The translations under genes and the position numbers were made by a program. Positions 27,188-34,971 of a DNA stretch of 34,971 nucleotides are shown here, in pieces. The notes below the pieces were generated by a model. The model had not been told where the DNA came from and ran no database searches. It saw only the letters and a program-made list of their open reading frames with translations. Location of the stretch: positions 37,729 through 72,699 of the forward strand of contig JBNGIO010005951.1 of assembly GCA_049999805.1 (NCBI GenBank), written 5' to 3'. Source of the DNA: Folioceros fuciformis (lineage: Eukaryota). Position 1 is the first letter of the stretch. Every line of letters starts with the position of its first letter.

Positions 27188-29224
27188 ATGGCCATGGCCT
27201 GCAGCACCAGCAGCAGCTGCGCAGCAGCTGGGATCACACCAGTGAGATGCTGCAGCTCATCTGCCTCGGCGGTGGGCCGCAGCTGCAAGGCCGTGCAACA
27301 GAGAGACTGGGCGAGGCGTGGGCTAGTTGGAGTTAGAGCGTTGCGGGGAGCTCAGGATTGCGGGGAAGAGCAATGTGGCTCCAGAAAGCAGGCGAATGTG
27401 AGTGCTTTGCTTCTTTGGTGACAGTATCCTGCATGTTTCTGAAGGTTGTGGATTTCGATAATCTACGCCGAGGAGAGCTGCTGTGGAATTTCATTTTGAA
27501 GATTTCTGTGTTGTGTATCTGGTTCTATTCTTGTACAGGCCTGCAGGATTTTGGATTCGATTGCAAGGGAGTTGCAGAAATGTGCCGTCTGTCTCATGGC
27601 AGCTGCGGCTGTTTCCGTGCCCCAGATGGGCGATTTGCCAGCTCATGCTATGGAGAGGAACCCTGCTTATTCGGAGTTAGGAGTGCTGATTTCAGGACCC
27701 CCTGTGAAGGATCCTCGGGCCCTGTTGAGATATGCATTGCCCATAGAGAACAAGGCCATCAAGGAAGCACAGAAAACGTTGGAGGGGATTACGGATGCTT
27801 TGAAACTACCGGGTTTGAAGGCAATCGATCCTGTTGAGCGAGTAAGTTCGGATGTCTAAGTTTTAAGTTTTGTGTCTTGACGGGCCACAATGTATGTCCA
27901 TGGCTGGTTATGATGATGCATCGCGGGTTGCAGGATCTGAGGCAAGCGGCCCGGATACTCAATCAAAACAGGGCTGCCATTCTAGCTGACGTCTCTGAGT
28001 CGAAGAAAGCCCACGCACAGGAGGTTTTGGACAAGATAAGCACATGTCTTCAAGATTTTAACAAGATAGTTGAAGCTAAGGATAGAGGTGCTATTGCTCC
28101 CAAGCAGCAAGAGCTTCTGGATCTTGTTGGCGAGTAAGTCCTCGAGTGTGAATTTTCTTGTGGCACTCCACCTTGGTCCAACATCTTATTGTTGCTGTGT
28201 GGTCACTTGAGGTTTTCTTCTGCATCTCATCAAGGATGTCGTTACTGAATGCAGCTGAGATTGGGGCCTTGAATTTCTGCAGTGTAGAGGAGGACTTGGT
28301 GGCCACGTTCCCGTTTGAAATCCCCCAGGAATTTGCTGAGAAGCCAATTCTTAAAGGACGTGCCACTGTTGAAATGAGAGTCAAGGTTAAGGACAATCCC
28401 AACCTGAAGGAAGCTGTTTTCCAGATTACCGTAGATGGCTACAATGCACCAGTCACAGCAGGCAACTTCGTGGATTTGGTAGCACGACACTTCTACGATG
28501 GAATGGAGATCCAGAGATGTGAGCATGGTGTTTCCTGGAGCAGCAGGTGCAGATGCTCCTCCTCCATATCGTCGTGGAATGTAGTTCTGACCTAGCCTTT
28601 CGCTGGCTGTCCAGCCGATGGATTTGTTGTGCAAACAGGAGACCCGGATGGTCCAGCGGAAGGATTTGTGGATCCTAGCACCGGCAAGCTTCGCACCATT
28701 CCTCTGGAGATAATGGTGGACGGGGAGCCAGCACCCATTTATGGAGCAACACTCGAGGTGAATGGGCTCTCCTCCATCCCACCTGGTCGTCCGTCCGACA
28801 CTTAACTTCCTCTGCCTAACGAAGCCCTGTTCTTCCAACGCAGGAGCTCGGCCTCTACAAGGCTCGCACGAAGCTTCCATTCAATGCTTTTGGGACGATG
28901 GCCATGGCCCGTGAAGTAAGATCCCATTCTTCTCTTTCCCAGCTTCTAGTTTGAATGAAAGGCACCAAGGAACCTCTTCTGGTCTAACTTCCGCACCTTC
29001 TGTCGCAGGAGTTTGAGAATGACTCTGCATCCAGTCAAATATTCTGGCTTCTGAAAGAGAGTGAGCTCACTCCGAGTGACGCCAACATTCTGGATGGGCG
29101 GTACTCCGTTTTCGGCTACATCACCCAAAACGAAGATGCTTTGGCAGATCTTAAAGTGGGGGACGTCATTCAGTCTATCAAAGTGCTATCGGGCCTTGAC
29201 AACCTTCAAAATCCCACCTTTTGA
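27188..29224 (+). CDS. CYP38: Thylakoid lumen cyclophilin CYP38/TLP40; about 8 exons
   Basis: Bipartite transit peptide followed by [78 protein letters not shown] and [20 protein letters not shown]. Stop TGA 29222-29224. Confidence 0.95.
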
Positions 29225-29599
29225 TGAAGCCCAGAGTTATCTGACGCCAATTCGGACCCGTTGTAAAGGCTAGAGGCATAGCTGATTTCGACTAGCCTCA
29301 GGTCTCCCATCCCTAGTTCAGTGATTGTCGTCCAAGAAGCAATTTCATTACCTTCCAAGATTGACAGGTTACGAAACCTCTGAACTATCGTTGCAGTTGC
29401 TTGCGGACAGTGGGCCCCGATTCCATCCCGTGACACTCACAATATATGGACACAGGAATGCGCGAGCCTTCCTGAGTCCTGAAGCTAAAAGACGAGAGAA
29501 AACTGCCCAGAAACACCTTTCCGCCGTCACCAAGCCCACTTCGGAAACTCACGCGAGTGAATTTGACACTTGACCAGGTACCATGCATGGTGCATGTAG

Positions 29600-32305
29600 C
29601 TACGACTTTTCAACAAATTCTGCCTCTTTCGCACAAGGTTCTTTCTCCCTGGTGGAAGGTTCTTCCGCCCTCGTAGAAGATTCATCGTCCTGTGTAGAAA
29701 ATTCTTCCCCGTTCGTAATTGATTCCACGTACTGAGATAGGACGGTCGCAGCCAATTTTGTGGGGCTTATCCCTTGCCTGTCGGATATGGACTTCAATGA
29801 CACGAAGAGATCGTTGCTGATTGGAAGTTGAGAAATGCCCCTGCCACGCCGAGGTCCATCGTATCTCTCTATGAAGGTTCTCAACTCATCAAAACCCTGC
29901 AACACGATGTCAAGACATTGTTCGGACCTGCTTCTGAGAGATTTAACAAGATACCCAAAGCTTGTACTCACCAGTCTGACAGAGAAATCTCCGAAAGGTT
30001 CTCCAGCCTTACGCAGGGTTCTCCAAGCATAAAACAGTGGCTCCAGCGCAGTCTCAAGCTCCTGGACTTTTACCTTGTCCATGAAAACTTGTGCCAGCCT
30101 TGTTTGATTTGGACATCCTCCCAGCCACACCTGCACTCAGACCAGAATAGAACGAAGGGTGAGCAAATGAAAATCATGAGGGGACGAGAGAGCAAACGAA
30201 CCTGGTAGCTGTTCGCCCCGTCCCCAACAAAACCAAGCTCTGCCATGTATGGCCTGGTGCACCCATTAGGGCAGCCAGTCATCCTGATGACAACGGAGTC
30301 TGTATTCTTCAGGCCCACCTGAACACCAGGAAATGCTGAGTTCAGTCGTCCAGATACTGGCGGGTCAATATGGAGTTCGCAGACTGCACCGGTGCTACCT
30401 TTTCAAAGATGAACCGGATCCGTTTCAGCACATCCGGTATTCCCCGTTCAGCTTCTGCTATTGCCAGTGGACACAAGGGCAACGCAGGGCAGGCCATGGC
30501 TGTCAGCTTCAAGGGATCCACACTTCGGGGTGACTGAAAGAAAAGATGTTGCACAGGTCAAAAGAGATGTCACCTCGGACACCGCTAGATGTTTGCTTCC
30601 ATTTTGGAAAACAGTCTAGTGGTAACGAGAGAGTGTACTGACCACAAGCCCAACAGCAGCAAGAGATTTGGTGATGATAGTCTTCCACGCCTTCCGAACA
30701 TCGCAAAGTATGAGATTCTGATTTGCCGTAAGTCGCACACTGAGGTTGTATTTCTCTATCATCTCCCTCAAGGTTTTCTTAGCTTCACCTTTAATGCGTC
30801 CATTGTCAATATGCACACCCAAAAACAGCCGCCCGTCTCCCTGTACATGAGAAAGGGACTTGAGTGCTGTCCAACCCACTGTACCCAGATCCTTCCACAG
30901 CACATGCATCAAGAAACACGGTGGCTCACCTGGTCATTCCAGCCAAGGTAATCCTTGTACTCCCAAGGTGGAAGCTCTTGAAAAGGCTCAAACTTCTTCC
31001 CATAATACTGCTCCACTACACCTTTGAACCTTTCCAAGCCCCAGTCATGGATGAGGTACTTCATTCGAGACATCCTCCTGTCATCACGTCTGCCATAATC
31101 ACGCTGGGTGGCGACGATGGCCTTCACAGCATACAGAATATCGTCCTTCGGCACATACCCAAGAGGGTCAGCCAACCTGGGAAACGTGTTTTCATTCCGA
31201 TGGGTCCGACCCATCCCTCCGCCAACCTACACACCCATCATCCACGAAACCAGCCAATCCATCAGAGTCCACAACCCTCGCAAACAATATCTGCCCAACC
31301 AACAACCACACATACATAGATGTTGAAGCCCTTAGGATCCCCGGCCTTATCGAATATAGCCACAAGCCCAATATCATTCGTAAGAATATCCACAGAATTG
31401 TCCCCAGGAACCGTAACAGCAATCTTAAACTTCCTCGGAAGAAACTGAGTGCCATAAATCGGCTCCGGAGAGCCCTCAAAACTTGCTCCGGTTGCCGTAT
31501 GATTCCTGGCCTCCACCACATCCGGAGGCTCAGCGCTCGCAATCTTTTCCCCATCCACCCACAAATCATAGTACGCCCCAGCCTGCGGGGCCAACAAAGC
31601 CGCCAACCGATCCGCTGTCTCCTGCGCAAAATGGTAGTCCTTCCTATCCACATAGGGCACGGGGGGAGCCAGCACATTCCGATTCAAATCCCCACACGCC
31701 CCGAGCGTCGACCCCATGCTCCTGATAATGGTGGCCATCACCGTCTTCAAGTTCGTCTTCAACACTCCATGCAACTGGAAGGTCTGCCGAGTAGTCAGCC
31801 TCAACGTCCCACTCCCAAACTCATTCGCCAAGTCATCCATCACCAAATACAGCTGGTTGGACACCTTCCCCGCGGGCTGCTTCGTCCTGAGCATGAACTG
31901 GTACTGCCGAGAGGTCCGCACATCCCTGTTATCCTGCACGTAGCTCCCATGGAATTTGATCAGCTGCGTACCCGCCTCATTCAGATTTGGCGCCTCCGAT
32001 ACCAGCTCTTCTATCAATGGGTATCGCAAATAGTCACTCTGCTCCTTGAAGATCTCCACCTTACTCCTCTTGGGCGGGAGGGTAGTGGGCGGCCTGGCAG
32101 GCGTCGCCACCGCTTTCACCTTCACGCCCCACGACCTCATCCCACCCCTGCTCTCCATGCCACCAATTCCATTCCCCGTCCTCCCGCTCGGGGTCGCTGA
32201 AGCGGACCTCAGCCCGTCGTAGGAGGTCAAAAACCCAGCAGGATTGGCGGACGCCGCCAGAACCTCCCTACCGCCCACAACCGCAGCCAGGGCCATGGTG
32301 AGCAT
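29600..32305 (-). CDS. SIR: Ferredoxin-dependent sulfite reductase, plastid; about 7 exons
   Basis: Contains [77 protein letters not shown] and [18 protein letters not shown] (siroheme/4Fe-4S Cys). Transit peptide present. The start could be 32305 or 32296. Confidence 0.96.
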
Positions 32306-34329
32306 GCGCGAGCTGGATTCCGGACCCCGCTCGCTCTTCTCTTACCCTTTCCCGTTCCTCCCTCCCCCTTCAGTGCTGAGCGACGGCGGGCTGGTTACGG
32401 ATTCCGAAACTTCGCGCCCTCATGCACGTTAGTGCGAATGGATGAGCAGATGAGATGGGCGGTGGTGGAACCGGAAAATTCCTGAGAAGCACACAACGTT
32501 TGGCGCACTCTGTGGCTGACGAGCTCAAGAGACGCCAGATCAGAGTGTGGCCCACCTGCGAGGTTCCGGGCCGGGCATCCTGTTGTTGCTACTGCAACTT
32601 GACTCCTAGCCCCAGCCAGCCGACAGCGGCTCTCCAGACACCCTCAAGCAACGGACTGTCTCCCTGTCTTGAGCTCCACTTCCCAGGTAACCCAACGTGT
32701 TCTCGACTCAATTTCGCACTGAGTGGGAACAACTTCAATCAATTTTCCTTCCTCTCCATCAATTTCTTGCTACTCTAGTAGATTAGTTCGCTCTCCCACA
32801 CTAGCAGACGCGAGGACGGTCCAACCTCACACCATCAACCTCGTCATCGACGAACATGTGTGACGAGATGCGCGTGAAATCGAAGACTGATCTAATATAC
32901 ATATATTATTTAAATTATTTTTTTAATTGGAACAGCAATTTAGTTTGCCTTCCTTTAAAGTTGTGCACAACTCTTCATATATGGGGGTTTTTGGGGCTAG
33001 CCTTCTAGGGCCATGTTGCCCTTGTAGGTTATCTATGATTCTTTCTTAAGGTTGATAGTTTTTCCATCTTGTTTTTCAATCAACTCTCATTTTTCCCGAG
33101 GACTCTTTATGTAGAGAACTCTCTTCTCCATAAGAAGAACTTGTTATATTTTTTATTCAAATGTGAAGAACTTGTTGCTATGTCTCCTTGAAGTAAAAAA
33201 ACTTGGTATTATGTCTCTTCCAAATTCAATATATTTTTATAATTAGTTTTTGAAAATATTATTATTATAACATAATAATAATAATAACAATAATAAAAGA
33301 ATCAAGATAGTTCCCATGAAAGGGCATTCCCTAAGTGTATTTCAAGCATCTCTCTACACAAGCATTTTTTATAAGTGTAATTGAATCTTCTTCAAGACTC
33401 ACCCCCCTTAAGGTAGCTTGTGCTCATCTCCGCTCTTGCTTACATCAAAGAAGATGTGCAGGGACCCTTGCTTCGCCTTGCATCTAGGCTTTTTAAATCA
33501 CACTAACATCTTTCTCTACTATGAAAAGGTTTTGGATGGGCCTAGTTCAACCCTTCACCTGCTCTTCCTCAACTTGTGGTTTTGGAGCGCCTTTACATGA
33601 CTTAAAAAATTGTGGAGTGATTTCTTGCACCCAAGAACCACCCGAGGGCCACACATCCCCTTATTGTCGTTGCAATCCTATGGTTCGCTCCCAAGGGAGT
33701 GAACTAGCGCCAAGGAACACTACTTATCACACTTCTACCTATCAGCCGGTCTATAGGCCTGACCATACACACAACAAAAAGGGCTGGAAGCCTAGCCTAG
33801 TCCCAAATCAACTCAAACAACTCACACTCCTGATCTTAAGTACTTCAGCTCTTCAAGATTCCCACTTTAGTCCCTTCCTCTTCACTTCTATGCATTTCAC
33901 TCCAACCCTTCCTCTCTTTTCTTCAGCTATCCCCTGGAATTTGGGACACAATGGCTTCACTCCTTGCAGCCTTCAAGCATAGTGTGGATACTAGGACTGG
34001 ATAGCCCTCCAAACTCACGGTCCTGTCCCTTCACTTCAGCCAACCTGCGAATCATTCAACCCTTGCGGATCCGACCACAGAGATCTTGACGGTCTTGGGA
34101 TCTCCACGTTCCCCTAGTGGCAAGGGGAATCAAGACCTTGGTTCAGTCTCAACCGGCTCAGCGCCCTATGCCAGGAGTCCTGCACACAAGGACCAGGGAC
34201 ATCGCACCATAGACCCCCCCCTCCTCAATGGCAGGTCTGGCCTCGTATACTACCCTGGCCCAAGACCCCACCTCTATCTACTAGGTTAGCCTCAGTCCAC
34301 TGCCAACAGTCTCTCTTCGACCTAGCCCA

Positions 34330-34490
34330 TCCCTAATTCTGACCTAAACCGCCCCTAACTTTGACCTAACCTAAGTCTGACTTAAACCCAGCTCTATCCT
34401 AATCCTAACCCTAACTCTAACTTAACATCAATCCAACCTAATCCCAACCCCAACCTAAACAAAGCCTAACTCTAATCTCATCCTAACCAT
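34330..34490. repeat. Degenerate CCTAAC/CCTAAA-rich low-complexity tract (telomere-like)
   Basis: Repeated CCTAAC, CTAAC, CCTAAT and CCTAAA words. Confidence 0.55.
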
Positions 34491-34971
34491 AATTGCCCAC
34501 TACCTTTCGAACACTTAGTTGCCCCTACCAACAATCACTAGTGCCTCTCAAAACTGCCCTTAACTCTCTCAAACCCCTCGGACCATCCCTTCCTCCAGTA
34601 CTGTGGTCACCTCTTCAAAATTGACCACTCTTTCTCCCCAAGCCGTAGGATCACAGGATGGAATGTTCCATTCCCTCATATTGTTAGGGAGGCTTGTCAT
34701 CCGTGGAGTGTCACTCAGAACACCCCCATTGGCTTCCCCCTGACAACAAGCTACTATCCTGGCAACCCGCTCCACCACCATCAAGCCTCCCACAGCCTCT
34801 CGGACTTCTCTTGGCTAGTTCCTCTATTGGAGCCACCTTCACTTGCCAGTGCTTAGCACGACTGGGTTCCAATTCTGGCTTGGGCACGAGGATGTGAATG
34901 GTTTCGTTTAGGAGAGAATAGGCCGATGAGCCTCCATCCCTCCTCCCCGCCCCTTAGCACCCCCGATCCTC

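Noticed and set aside
31499..32200. 233-aa plus-strand ORF
   Set aside because: It is an antisense shadow of SiR exon 1.

Overview
Eukaryotic nuclear DNA from a compact, gene-dense land-plant genome. Short 60-130 nt GT-AG introns, STIG1 genes, plant RLK-type kinases and plastid-targeted CYP38 and SiR point to a non-seed plant such as Selaginella or a hornwort; that assignment is an inference. Splicing by eye gives 12 protein-coding genes in order: arginase (+), MCM6 (+), a membrane-anchored Kelch protein (-), an Hsp31-type DJ-1/PfpI protein that the ORF track mostly misses (-), an ECHS1-like enoyl-CoA hydratase (+), a cytoplasmic RD kinase interrupted by two assembly gaps (-), a two-TM degenerate receptor-like kinase (-), two tandem STIG1 cysteine-rich peptide genes (-), a class I/II PLP aminotransferase (-), CYP38 (+) and ferredoxin-sulfite reductase (-). 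There are also 33-, 70- and 32-bp tandem arrays, three 100-N gaps and degenerate repeat-like DNA at both ends. The most unusual items are the two-TM pseudokinase lying between an active-looking cytoplasmic kinase and the STIG1 pair, the intron-rich Hsp31-type gene, and the type II membrane Kelch protein. No CRISPR array, rRNA or tRNA was recognised.
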